This document shows, piece by piece, positions 49,888 to 60,059 of a stretch of DNA of 64,000 nt; positions within the stretch are counted from its first letter, which is position 1, and every line of letters starts with the position of its first letter. Source of the DNA: an uncultured delta proteobacterium (GTDB lineage: Bacteria; Desulfobacterota; Desulfobacteria; Desulfobacterales; SG8-13); contig CAWKCK010000005.1 in assembly GCA_963848135.1 (NCBI GenBank), forward strand, positions 124,001 through 188,000, read 5' to 3'. The notes beneath the pieces were generated by a model. The model made no database searches, was not told where the DNA came from, and saw nothing but the letters and a program-made list of their open reading frames with translations. A program made the translations under genes and the position numbers.

Positions 49888-50937
49888 TCACTTTTTTCTG
49901 GACTTGATTTCCAGGTCATCGCCGGAATAGCCAAAAGCGGTCAGAATGGAGTGGGCGACCTTGACGGTGTCTTCTGGGCTCAGGTGGGTTTCAACGAGGA
50001 TATTGGTGCCTTCGATATTGACCGGAAGACGCAATTCATCGGGGTCTTCTCTAAAGTAATACTTGTTGTCGACTGAATGCCAAAGCAGTCTCTCGACGTC
50101 CTGGTTGTGCTTGTTAATCAATACTTCACACAGTTTAAGAAGAAATTCGTCCCAGGCTTCCACCTTGAAAACATCATCGGCGAAGGTAAACGCAGTGATA
50201 TCCTGCCCCTTGTAGGTTCGCGGATGCGGAAATGACGCCTTTTCCTGTTCGGTGGCTTCTTCGATGGCGCCGGCTTTGTCGAGTTCTGTCAAAAACTCGG
50301 TGATCATGTCTTTATCGGGCTTGTAGCCGCACAACTTTTCGACCGTATCACGAAACAAATTAACCAGTGTTTCGTGGGGCCCTGAAATAATCTGGTTCCA
50401 GGCCTTTCCCATAGATTTTTGAATGAGCTTGCGTTGGCGTTTGGTCTGAATCGATTCGGCGATCTTTAGGGCCTTGCCCTTGGCCACATTGTCCTTTTCA
50501 AGCAGTTCGATGAGTCGGGTTGCCACTTCCTTGGGCGGTTGTTTCAGAAGATCGAAGGCACAAAACCTTTTCTGCTCGAACGCCCCTTCACTAAAGGACA
50601 GGTAGAACCACCACTTAACCCCGTCGGTCAATACGGCCAACTTCGCACCTTCATTGAGAGCCGAGCCGAGCAGATCTTTCTGGCAACGTTTGAGATCGTC
50701 ACCGACTTTTTCCACGCCAATGAAGACGGCATCGATATTGTTCGTTCGCAATGCAAAATCGATAAGAGATGATTTTACGGAGTGGTCCGGTTTGACTTCA
50801 TCGACGTCGAAAATATCCCATCCCAGAAGAGACAACAACCGGATGACGATGGCCTGCTTTGTGGAGGCCTTGTCGAACGTGCTAAGTCGTTTGTTCGCTC
50901 TCAGCGTCTCGAAAAAGGCGATAATTTGTTTTTCCAT
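49888..50937 (-). CDS. HsdR-N (type I restriction R-subunit N-terminal)-like domain protein
   Basis: TKQ..V..LL..LGWD, IDFAL, LTDG.KW.FY; catalytic ExK appears degenerate. Confidence 0.7.
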   Translation of the reverse strand: MEKQIIAFFETLRANKRLSTFDKASTKQAIVIRLLSLLGWDIFDVDEVKPDHSVKSSLIDFALRTNNIDAVFIGVEKVGDDLKRCQKDLLGSALNEGAKLAVLTDGVKWWFYLSFSEGAFEQKRFCAFDLLKQPPKEVATRLIELLEKDNVAKGKALKIAESIQTKRQRKLIQKSMGKAWNQIISGPHETLVNLFRDTVEKLCGYKPDKDMITEFLTELDKAGAIEEATEQEKASFPHPRTYKGQDITAFTFADDVFKVEAWDEFLLKLCEVLINKHNQDVERLLWHSVDNKYYFREDPDELRLPVNIEGTNILVETHLSPEDTVKVAHSILTAFGYSGDDLEIKSRKK

Positions 50938-51052
50938 GTACGTATTTTATTCAAATTTCCTTAAAAATTCAAGCAGTTTTTAAATACAAGCACCATTCTG
51001 GCGATCAACCTCGTTTAAGGCAGATGCGGACATCCGGTGGGAGCAAAACTGA

Positions 51053-51898
51053 TTACCCCTGCATCCGATAGAAAATGGCGGTGACAACAGCATACCCCAG
51101 GACGGCGATGGTCAGGCTGACGCACAAACCGGCCAGAAGCCTGTGGACCTGGGTTTCGCGCTTTTTTTCCTGATAGCCCAATAGCGCACCGAGTAACACA
51201 CCGGCAATGCCGCCGCCGATATGTCCCCAGTTGTTGATACCCGGTATCAGGAGGCCGAATATGAACAGCCCGATCGCCCACGAACCGACCTGGCGGTAAA
51301 TCGCCTGACCGTAAACCCCGCCGCGACTCTTGCCGTAATACAGAATGGCCCCAATCAGGCTGCAAATCGCTGCCGAGGCGCCGATCGTATAAGCGATACC
51401 GGCAAGGTAAGACACCAGGAAACCGGCCGTCCCCCCGGCGGTGTAGATGATGAACATCCGGTAGGTACCGAATTCTCTCACAGTCAGTGAAGCGAGTTGC
51501 GTAAAAGCGGCCATGTTGAAAAAAATGTGCAGAATGCCGCCGTGTAAATAATTGGCTGACAGCAGGCTCCACCACCGCCCGAAGCGGTCAATGGGAATGG
51601 TTCCGGTCATTCCAAGCAATATCAGACTGCCGTTGTCTGGTGACAGAAATGCCAACGGATTCATGGACAATCCGATGCGACTGGAACTGAACAATAGGGA
51701 AAGGAGGAAGAAGCCGACGTTGACCACCACCACACTGCGAATAAGGCGATCCGAATGTTTCAGACCGATGGCACTCGAAAAACGGTTCCAGAAAGAAGCC
51801 GGTCGCTTGATACCACAATAGGGGCATTGGGATTCGCTCCGGCTGATAAGTCTCCCGCAGTTGGGGCACAGTATCGACTGTCGTTGGTTGGTGTCCAC
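51053..51898 (-). CDS. Rhomboid protease with N-terminal Zn ribbon
   Basis: CPNC...CPYC; H...HI.FNM, GASA, GHIGG. Confidence 0.92.
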   Translation of the reverse strand: MDTNQRQSILCPNCGRLISRSESQCPYCGIKRPASFWNRFSSAIGLKHSDRLIRSVVVVNVGFFLLSLLFSSSRIGLSMNPLAFLSPDNGSLILLGMTGTIPIDRFGRWWSLLSANYLHGGILHIFFNMAAFTQLASLTVREFGTYRMFIIYTAGGTAGFLVSYLAGIAYTIGASAAICSLIGAILYYGKSRGGVYGQAIYRQVGSWAIGLFIFGLLIPGINNWGHIGGGIAGVLLGALLGYQEKKRETQVHRLLAGLCVSLTIAVLGYAVVTAIFYRMQG

Positions 51899-52267
51899 GC
51901 GTTATCCTGATGAAAGGTATTCAATGAGACCTCCGGCAAAGCTGTGGGAATGGTTTGTGAACCACTCAAGGCGGTCATACAAACCATTATTTCGGGTGGC
52001 CAGCCGGTCATTGATTAATGAATATTCTACGGTACTCCCTCATCCGGCATGCCGTCACACCGGAGGTTGCCCTGTCGGGTCATGGGGCCGCAAAACAAAG
52101 GGGTGGCCGCTGGACCACCCCTATTTGAGGCTGAATAAATTGAAAAAAGAGTGTACTGAAACAGAAACTACAAATGTCGCGGTCAAGCAAACCGTAAACC
52201 CATTCGATTGCCACTCCGATGCGGTTGGATCGCCTTGCCGCCTTTTAATAAATCGCCCCTCCCGAAT

Positions 52268-52744
52268 CTATTTGGGATGGCACTCGATACAGCCCAAGGG
52301 GCCGGTCGCAGGCAGTGGGTCGTTCAGTACCTGGTAAGATTTTGCAATGGCAAGGTTCTTGGCGCGGATTTCCTTGTGGCACCCGATACAGGACTTGTGG
52401 AAGGCATATTTAAAGTACTTGATCGACACGTCGGAGTACGAGAGGTAACCTTCGGATGTTTTCGGTGCGCTGGTTTGATCGTGGCAACCACTGGTCATGC
52501 AACCTTGAATCTTCTCTTCCCCCTCCCATGTGTGGTGGCACTGGCGGCAATCGCTTGCAAAATGCCGTGCATGGGGAAATTCGACCGCGCTCTTTGTCGG
52601 GCTGACCCCTTCCGGCGGACTGAGCGTTATCACGCCCATGGGTACGCACATATCTTCTGCAGCGTCCTGCCCGAAAACATTGAGAGTCAATCCGAACATG
52701 ATAACCAACACCGCGCACAACAACCCCATTGCTTTGGCCTGCAT
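52268..52744 (-). CDS. Tetraheme cytochrome c3
   Basis: Signal peptide; FPH..H; CRQCHH, CMTSGCH, CIGCH, CIECH. Confidence 0.92.
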   Translation of the reverse strand: MQAKAMGLLCAVLVIMFGLTLNVFGQDAAEDMCVPMGVITLSPPEGVSPTKSAVEFPHARHFASDCRQCHHTWEGEEKIQGCMTSGCHDQTSAPKTSEGYLSYSDVSIKYFKYAFHKSCIGCHKEIRAKNLAIAKSYQVLNDPLPATGPLGCIECHPK

Positions 52745-52814
52745 TGTCAATCCCCCTTTGGTTCGTGATACTCCACCAATCAATCGAATTATGCGTTACT
52801 GAAAGGTAATTGAA

Positions 52815-52917
52815 ACCCAAGTTGAGCGTTTCATATTTTCGAAATTCCGATGAGCAGAATGCCTTATATTTAGTGTTTATTTTCATATTTCGAAAATATG
52901 AAACGCTCAACGTGGGT
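52815..52917. repeat. MITE family E
   Basis: 30-bp TIRs ACCCAAGTTGAGCGTTTCATATTTTCGAAA / TTTCGAAAATATGAAACGCTCAACGTGGGT. Confidence 0.8.
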
Positions 52918-53253
52918 GATACTCACCCGATTTGTGTGCTGTATGAATGCAATAGAATAGGAAAAATTTCAACCATAAAATTGGATTTCAGTTCACAAAA
53001 ACCGTTCTATCCTTGCTGATCAGCGCCGGCATTACTATAGGTTTGACAGGCAGAACCGTTTTTACTAATAATGGTTTCTTCGGCTGAATTATCGTAGCAT
53101 GTGGGTTCAGCCCCTTATCCAACAACCGGACCCGGTAGCTCCCGGGTCGACCCTCCCAAATCTGAGGCCGGTTTCGACCCGGTGCCGCTGCGCGTCTGAT
53201 GACCACAGGCCTCCCCGACCGCCATTCGCCATTTTGAATGGAACGAGAGCACC

Positions 53254-54282
53254 ATGACGATAAATGTTAAAACGCCAGTGAAACTACCGATGACCGAAAA
53301 GCTGATGAGTTTGGGAATTCTTTCGGTACTGGCCCTAATTGCTGTCGGTATTTTTATCGTTCAATCCGAATTCAACCCCGCTGTTGTCCAGCTGTATTCA
53401 GAACCCCTATTGAACGGCCAGTCCCTCCCGGCTTCCCCGGTACCGACACCGGCGGCAATAATGCCACTGCCCAAAGGGTTTTCGGTAATGACGCCAGCTG
53501 AAACCTTTGAACCCCGAACGCTGTCGGACAAGATCAACGGCAAGGCGGAACTATATTTATCTGCGGGCTTCAAGCGGTTGCAAAGCCAGCGGTTCGCGGA
53601 TGATTCGGCATCCGATCGTTGGTTCGAAATCTTCGTCTTTGACATGGCCACTCAAGACAACGCCTTTGCCGTCTACAGTTCACAGCAACGCGAAGATGCC
53701 GTGCCGGTAGATCTCGGGCCCTATGCGTACACAACGGCCAATGCTCTTTTCTGGGTCCATGGCCCATATTACCTGGAGTTGATTGCATCGCAAGATTCGG
53801 ACGACGCCCGCGAAAGCATGTTGCAAATCGCGAAAAACTTTAATCAAATCACAGCAGTGGACACCCGAAAGGTTAAGGAAACGGATCTTTTCCCTCCCCA
53901 TGACCTCGACCGAAAAAGTATTACCCTCATACCCACCGATGCTTTTGGGATGGCGAACTTCGATCGGGTGCTGGTGGCCGATTACACGACCGGGGGAATC
54001 CTGCTGAGCGCCTTTGTTTCGAACCGCGAATCCCCGGCGGCGGCCACACGGCTGGCCGAAAGCTACCGGCAGTTCTTGGTCGCATTTGGTGGCAAAGAAA
54101 CCGAAGCCGAGGGACTCTTCATCGTGGAAATCTTGGATGCATACGAGATCATCTTTACCCACGGTCCTTATATCGCCGGAATTCACGAGGCCACCGACCG
54201 GGACCGGGCCATGGAACTTGCCCGGTCTTTAATGGGCAGCATAGAGGACGCCATTGGCAGACAGAAAACCACCCCCCAATAG
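53254..54282 (+). CDS. Membrane-anchored periplasmic protein (DUF6599-like)
   Basis: N-terminal TM; L.DKINGKAELY...GF, AFAVYS motifs. Confidence 0.7.
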   Translation: MTINVKTPVKLPMTEKLMSLGILSVLALIAVGIFIVQSEFNPAVVQLYSEPLLNGQSLPASPVPTPAAIMPLPKGFSVMTPAETFEPRTLSDKINGKAELYLSAGFKRLQSQRFADDSASDRWFEIFVFDMATQDNAFAVYSSQQREDAVPVDLGPYAYTTANALFWVHGPYYLELIASQDSDDARESMLQIAKNFNQITAVDTRKVKETDLFPPHDLDRKSITLIPTDAFGMANFDRVLVADYTTGGILLSAFVSNRESPAAATRLAESYRQFLVAFGGKETEAEGLFIVEILDAYEIIFTHGPYIAGIHEATDRDRAMELARSLMGSIEDAIGRQKTTPQ

Positions 54283-54295
54283 GGTTGACGGCGGC

Positions 54296-55267
54296 ATGAA
54301 ACGGCGCGACTTCCTGATCCGCAGCGCCAAAGCCGGTCTCACGATACTCGCCGCCGGCGGGCTGGCCAGCCGGTTCCATGACCGCCGTGGGCCACAACCG
54401 GCGGGAACCGCAACGTCCGCCGGTGTGCGTCTGGCTGATTTCTCCATCCCGGGCCTGAGTCCCCGATTGGGGATCGCCAGAGGCGAGGATCGCGCCGAAA
54501 CAGTGAGCAAGGCCTTGAAGGCTGTCGGCGGTATCGAGACGTTTGTCAAACCCGGTGACCGTGTATTGCTGAAAGTAAATGCCGCCTTTGCCTCACCACC
54601 GGTTCTGTCCGCCACCACCCATCCACATTTGGCGGCGGAAATGGTCCGGCTATGCTTTAAAGCCGGCGCAGCGGCAGTCACTGTAACCGACAATCCGATC
54701 AACGATCCGGCGAGTTGTTTCTCGCTGACCGGTATCGCTCGCGCCGTTGAATCGGCTGGCGGTAAAATCGTGTTGCCCCAGGAGAAGTACTTCAAGCCGA
54801 TCACCGTTCCCGGTGCGCGCCTGATCCGTAACTGGCCGCTGTTGTTCGAACCGTTCAAGTCTGTCAACAAACTGATCGGCATGGCTCCGGTCAAAGACCA
54901 TCATCGCAGCGGGGCTTCCCTAACAATGAAGAATTGGTACGGCCTGCTCGGTGGACGGCGCAATATTTTCCACCAGGATATCAACACCATTATCACGGAA
55001 CTGGCCCTGATGGTGAAACCGACCCTGGTTATTCTCGACGGTACCGTCTCGATGGTGACCAACGGTCCCACCGGTGGTTCTTTGTCGGATCTGAAAGAAA
55101 CCCGCACCATGATCGTCAGCACGGATCAGGTTGCCGCGGACGCCTATGGCGCAACACTCATCGGAAAGTCACCGGCAGACCTGCCGTTCATTGCAATGGC
55201 AGCCGAAGCGGGTGCCGGCAACACCGATGTCAAGGCCCTCGATCCGGTCATCGTGCCTGAAGCCTAA
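54296..55267 (+). CDS. Tat-exported DUF362 protein
   Basis: KRRDFL Tat motif; ALKAVGG...VKPGDRVLLKVN, TTHP, K.H...SLTMKN. Confidence 0.85.
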   Translation: MKRRDFLIRSAKAGLTILAAGGLASRFHDRRGPQPAGTATSAGVRLADFSIPGLSPRLGIARGEDRAETVSKALKAVGGIETFVKPGDRVLLKVNAAFASPPVLSATTHPHLAAEMVRLCFKAGAAAVTVTDNPINDPASCFSLTGIARAVESAGGKIVLPQEKYFKPITVPGARLIRNWPLLFEPFKSVNKLIGMAPVKDHHRSGASLTMKNWYGLLGGRRNIFHQDINTIITELALMVKPTLVILDGTVSMVTNGPTGGSLSDLKETRTMIVSTDQVAADAYGATLIGKSPADLPFIAMAAEAGAGNTDVKALDPVIVPEA

Positions 55268-55321
55268 CAAAAGAAAAACTAAAAACCAGCGGTAAATCGG
55301 GTAACCCGCAGGATATTTGAT

Positions 55322-57265
55322 ATGAGAATTCGCACGACCCGACGCATCTCCCAAGTTTTCTTCGGTTTGCTTTTTCTCTGGTTCTGCGCGGCCACGACCC
55401 TGGGAGACGCCTGGTGGCAGTTGCGCGGCTGGCCGGTGAACTGGTTCCTGGAGCTGGATCCCCTGGTGGGGCTGGCAACCCTGCTGACCACCGGCACCTT
55501 GTATGCCGGCCTGGTATGGGGCCTGGTGACGATCATATTGACCGTTCTACTGGGTCGTTTTTTCTGTGGATGGATCTGCCCCTTCGGCACGTTGCATCAG
55601 GCCGTGGGATGGCTGGGACGGCATCGCAAACCGGCGCCGGAACAGGCCCGGATGAACCGGCCCACCCGCTGGCAGTCCGTCAAATACTGGATTCTGACCT
55701 TCCTGCTGGCGGCGGCCGCAGCCGATCTGCTCCAATCACTTGCCGCGCCGTCGCAGAGTGTCCCCTATCTTATGGGAACGCTTGCCGCTCTGGTCATCGC
55801 AGCCGCGCTGGCACACACGATTGTCCCCCGACCGGCCAAACCCTGGTTTACGGCCTTTGTGACGATTGCCGGACTTTGGACTGCGACCGCTTTTTTGGCC
55901 GAGGATTCGCAATGGCCGACGGCCTCGCTGCAGATCGGGCTGCTCGACCCTCTGTCGCTCCTCCATCGCTCGGTCAACCTGGCCTTGTTGCCCCTGGTGG
56001 ACGATTCTCCCATCGGATTAACCGGAACCGAACGTTGGTACGATGGCGCCTGGCTGATCGGAGTTATTTTCCTTACCGCTGTAGGACTAAACCTGAGAGT
56101 TCCCCGGTTCTACTGTCGCTTCATCTGCCCGTTGGGCGCCCTGTTCGCTCTTGCAGCGCGGAACGCATTGTGGCGTATCGGAAAAAAAGAGGCCGAATGC
56201 ATCGACTGCCGTGTATGTGAAAAAAACTGCGAGGGCGCCTGTGCGCCTGCCTCCACTATCCGCGTTCATGAATGTGTCCTGTGCATGAATTGTCGCCAGG
56301 AATGCCAGCACGGCTTGATCGAATATGGTCCGCACCGTTCGGTTGCGGGTGAAATCGACGCCCCGGAATTCAGCCGGCGACAGTTTGTCGTATCCACTCT
56401 GTCGGGACTCGCTGCCGTGCCACTGCTGCGCCTGACCGGTCATTTGGCGAGCAATTGGAACCCACACCTGGTGCGGCCGCCAGGCGCACTGGTCGAATCG
56501 GAATTTCTGGACCGTTGTATAAAATGCGGTCAGTGCATGCGCATCTGCCCCACGAACGTCATTCATCCGGCCGCATGGGAAGCCGGAGTGGAAGGCCTAT
56601 GGACGCCAATGCTGAACTTTAGGATCGGTACCAGCGGTTGCCAATTCAAGTGTGTCGCCTGCGGTAACATCTGCCCCACGGCGGCCATTCGCCCCATAAC
56701 CCTCGATGAACGCTTGGGACGAAACCGCTTTAGCGAAGCCGGTCCGATCCGTACCGGTATGGCCTTCGTTGACAGGGGGCGCTGCCTGCCATGGGCCATG
56801 GACGTTCCCTGCATCGTGTGCCAGGAGAACTGCCCCGTGAGTCCCAAGGCGATCGTAACCCGGACCGTGTTTTCGATCGTGGCCACTGGCGAACCCTTGA
56901 TTGTCGCAGAGGCCGACTTTCAAAATATCTTATTCCGATCGGAACTCCTGGTACCCGGCCGGTTGGCAACCGGTGACTATTATTGCCGCGAAGTAAAGGG
57001 AAACGGCTCGGAACCGCTTCGCATCTTAAGCAATCAGGCCGACGGACTGACCGTGGCCGCCGAAGGCTCCTGGAAACAACCACCGCCTGCGGGCAGCCGT
57101 CTGGAAATACTGATACGACTTCAGCAACCATATATAAGACCTGAGCAGTGTATCGGCTGCGGCGTTTGCGAGCACGAATGCCCCGTCCGCGGCCGGCGGG
57201 CCATCCGGGTAACCGCGGAAAACGAAAGCCGAAATCCCGATCATGCCATGATTTTGGAGACCTAA
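55322..57265 (+). CDS. Membrane polyferredoxin (NapH/MauN-like fused to NapG/MauM-like)
   Basis: GRFFCGWICPFG, RFYCRFICPLG, RPPGA, multiple CxxCxxCxxxCP. Confidence 0.88.
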   Translation: MRIRTTRRISQVFFGLLFLWFCAATTLGDAWWQLRGWPVNWFLELDPLVGLATLLTTGTLYAGLVWGLVTIILTVLLGRFFCGWICPFGTLHQAVGWLGRHRKPAPEQARMNRPTRWQSVKYWILTFLLAAAAADLLQSLAAPSQSVPYLMGTLAALVIAAALAHTIVPRPAKPWFTAFVTIAGLWTATAFLAEDSQWPTASLQIGLLDPLSLLHRSVNLALLPLVDDSPIGLTGTERWYDGAWLIGVIFLTAVGLNLRVPRFYCRFICPLGALFALAARNALWRIGKKEAECIDCRVCEKNCEGACAPASTIRVHECVLCMNCRQECQHGLIEYGPHRSVAGEIDAPEFSRRQFVVSTLSGLAAVPLLRLTGHLASNWNPHLVRPPGALVESEFLDRCIKCGQCMRICPTNVIHPAAWEAGVEGLWTPMLNFRIGTSGCQFKCVACGNICPTAAIRPITLDERLGRNRFSEAGPIRTGMAFVDRGRCLPWAMDVPCIVCQENCPVSPKAIVTRTVFSIVATGEPLIVAEADFQNILFRSELLVPGRLATGDYYCREVKGNGSEPLRILSNQADGLTVAAEGSWKQPPPAGSRLEILIRLQQPYIRPEQCIGCGVCEHECPVRGRRAIRVTAENESRNPDHAMILET

Positions 57266-57268
57266 TTA

Positions 57269-57411
57269 GTGTCCGTCCATAAATGGCCCTTTTTCCCCTG
57301 GGCGGCGTTCTCCGCGGGTTTTGATCCTCAACGTAGACACGCTACGCCTGCGGTCAAAACCCTTGTGCGGCCTTGCCCAGAGAAAAAATTACTCATTTAT
57401 GAATCGGACAC
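57269..57411. repeat. MITE family A copy
   Basis: GTGTCCGTCCATAAAT...ATTTATGAATCGGACAC, long internal hairpin. Confidence 0.8.
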
Positions 57412-57486
57412 TTACACATGTGCCCATTGATTTTATCAACAATCGTGGATGGGTACTAATTAAACTCTCAAAGAAGGACGGATATC

Positions 57487-58716
57487 ATGTCTCAAAAAAA
57501 ACATCACCCTTGCACCCGCAGATCGTTTCTCAAGACCGCCGGTTCCGTCGGTCTGGGATCACTCGTGGCCGCTTATGGACAAAACGCGGCGGCATCCACA
57601 AAACCGGCTGTTCCGGTTGATTCGGCGACGACTGTGCCCATGCGCCCCTTTGGGAAAACCGGTGAAATGGTGCCGATTTTATCCCTGGGCGGCATGTTTG
57701 ACATCCCGAATAACCAGTTATTGCTCAAGCAGGCTGTCAAGTGGGGGGTCACCCACTGGGACACGGCCAACTCTTACGGAGGGGGACGTAGTGAAAAGGG
57801 GATCGGGAAATATTTTGGCCGTTATCCGGAAGATCGGAAAAAGATCTTTCTGGTGACCAAATCCGGCGCCTGGACCGTAAAAGGGATGACGGACCACCTG
57901 GAAAAGTCCCTTGAAAGAATGCAGACCGAATATGTCGATCTGTTTTTCGTCCACGGTATCAGCAGCATACGGGAAATGGATAACGAAAAAAAAAATTGGG
58001 GACAAAAGGTTAAATCCGAGGGGAAAATCCGCTACTTCGGCTTCAGCACCCACAGCAATATGGAGGAATGCCTTCTGGAAGCAGCCAAGCTCGGATGGAT
58101 CGATGCCATCATGATGACCTATAACTACCGCTTGATGCATTCGGACAGAATGCAAGCTGCCGTGGATGCATGCACGCAGGCGGGCATCGGTCTCACGGCC
58201 ATGAAAACCCAGGGTGGTGGACCCATAAAGACTGAAACCGAAACGGAGATGAAGCTGGCCGGCCGGTTCCTGGAGAAAGGGTATACAGACGGCCAGGCCA
58301 AGCTAAAGGCCGTCTGGGAAAACCCGCTCATCGCCACCATCTGTTCCCAGATGCCGAATTTGACGCTGCTGATGAGTAACGTGGCGGCAGCAGTGAACAA
58401 GACCCGCATCAGCGCCCGTGACAAGCAATTACTGCGCCAATATGCCCGTGAGACCCAGTCGGATTATTGTGCCGGTTGCACCGGTATCTGCGAACCGGCA
58501 ATTGCCCACCAGGTGCCGATCGGTGACGTCATGCGCTGCCTGATGTACTGCCGCAGCTATGCCGAACTCAAACAGGCGCAAGGCGTATTCCGGGACATAC
58601 CGGCCGCGACCCGCAAGCGGTTGACCCAGCTCGATTACTCGGTGGCAGAACGCCTTTGTCCCCGCAAGCTTTCCATCGGCGAGCTTATGCATCAGGCAGT
58701 TCTGGAACTGAGTTAG
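57487..58716 (+). CDS. Tat-exported aldo/keto reductase with C-terminal Fe-S motif
   Basis: TRRSFLK; DTANSY...SE, LVTK, GFSTH, AMK; CAGC..IC...CP. Confidence 0.88.
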   Translation: MSQKKHHPCTRRSFLKTAGSVGLGSLVAAYGQNAAASTKPAVPVDSATTVPMRPFGKTGEMVPILSLGGMFDIPNNQLLLKQAVKWGVTHWDTANSYGGGRSEKGIGKYFGRYPEDRKKIFLVTKSGAWTVKGMTDHLEKSLERMQTEYVDLFFVHGISSIREMDNEKKNWGQKVKSEGKIRYFGFSTHSNMEECLLEAAKLGWIDAIMMTYNYRLMHSDRMQAAVDACTQAGIGLTAMKTQGGGPIKTETETEMKLAGRFLEKGYTDGQAKLKAVWENPLIATICSQMPNLTLLMSNVAAAVNKTRISARDKQLLRQYARETQSDYCAGCTGICEPAIAHQVPIGDVMRCLMYCRSYAELKQAQGVFRDIPAATRKRLTQLDYSVAERLCPRKLSIGELMHQAVLELS

Positions 58717-58856
58717 TTTCCGTCCATAAATGGCCCTTTTCCGCAATTTCGGCGTCAATCGGCGGATTCGCTTGTGCGGCCTACGCAAGTGCGCCTCCGC
58801 GCAATTCTCTGATTTCCTTGAACTTGCAGAAAGTTGCACATTTCTGGATTGGAAAC
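58716..58856. repeat. MITE family A-related copy
   Basis: GTTTCCGTCCATAAATGGCCCTTTT...ATTTCTGGATTGGAAAC. Confidence 0.75.
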
Positions 58857-58941
58857 TGATCAGTGCTCTATATTAAACCGTGGATGGGCGCGAGTTAGCC
58901 CGCAGACTTCAACCTAATCTGCGCGATGTCTGGAGAGTGAT

Positions 58942-59265
58942 ATGTCAGTGAAAATTGTCTATATGACGACCGGCAACCTTGATGAGGCCCGCCGTATCGG
59001 CCGGTCGCTGCTCGAAGCCCGACTGGCGGCCTGTGTCAACATTATCGACAATATGAAATCGATCTTCAGGTGGGAGGGCGCCATCGAGGAAGCCGAAGAA
59101 GTCGTTATGATTGCAAAAACGACGGACACCCGAATACCGGCATTGATTGAGCACGTGCGGGCGAACCACAGTTACGACTGCCCTTGCATAGTGAGCCTGC
59201 CGGTGGAAAACGGCCATCAACCGTTTTTGGACTGGGTCACCGCTGAGGTGGAAGGATTGAAGTGA
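58942..59265 (+). CDS. cutA: Divalent-cation tolerance protein CutA
   Basis: RLAACVN, W.G, HSYDCPCI, FLDWV. Confidence 0.93.
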   Translation: MSVKIVYMTTGNLDEARRIGRSLLEARLAACVNIIDNMKSIFRWEGAIEEAEEVVMIAKTTDTRIPALIEHVRANHSYDCPCIVSLPVENGHQPFLDWVTAEVEGLK

Positions 59266-59524
59266 CCCTGGACGGAATGCCGCATTTATCGACCGCCGAA
59301 TCCAGACCGCACGGCAGATCGAAGGTCTGACCAATCCGCAGGATATCGTCATCATCGCTGAATGATGAGTGATTTAAGGCTTTCATTTTGTCCGCTGCTG
59401 TGCTTTGATCCCGCCGCAGCCATAAAAGACCGGTTCCAACCTTTGAATCTGACTGTCTTTACTCCATGAAATAAATGATTATTATGGGCCTGTTTCAAGC
59501 GCAACCAATAAAGGAGGCACGTTC

Positions 59525-60037
59525 ATGTACAACAAAGTCGTGATGGATCATTTTAGAAACCCAAGGAACGTCGGCGTGATTGAAAATCCAGACGGTGTCG
59601 GCGAAGTCGGCAATCCCCTGTGCGGTGACATGATGACAATCTACCTGAAGATCGATAACGAGAACATCGATGACATCAAGTTTCAAACCTTCGGGTGTGG
59701 ATCGGCCATTGCCGTTTCGAGTATGCTCACCGAGATCGCCAAGGGCAAGAGTTTGGAAGACGCCAAAAAAATCACCAACAAAGATGTGGCCAAAGCACTC
59801 GAAGGCCTGCCGAAGAATAAGCTTCACTGTTCGAATCTGGGCGCGGATGCACTGCAAATGGCAATCAAGGACTACGAAGACCGCAAGGCCGGTATAAAAC
59901 GACCGGAATTGATCCGGATCGATACGCACGAGCACTCTCACGGCGAACAGTGCTACTGCCCCTATTGCGATATCGAATTGGAAGGTGGCACAACTTTTTG
60001 CGATGCCTGCCAGAGCAGCTTAGAAGAAGAACACTAA
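59525..60037 (+). CDS. iscU: IscU/NifU_N scaffold with C-terminal His-rich linker and Zn ribbon
   Basis: DHFRNPRNVG, NPLCGD, FGCGSAIA, KLHCSNL; CPYC...CDAC. Confidence 0.9.
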   Translation: MYNKVVMDHFRNPRNVGVIENPDGVGEVGNPLCGDMMTIYLKIDNENIDDIKFQTFGCGSAIAVSSMLTEIAKGKSLEDAKKITNKDVAKALEGLPKNKLHCSNLGADALQMAIKDYEDRKAGIKRPELIRIDTHEHSHGEQCYCPYCDIELEGGTTFCDACQSSLEEEH

Positions 60038-60059
60038 ATAGACTGGAGAATTTGGACCG

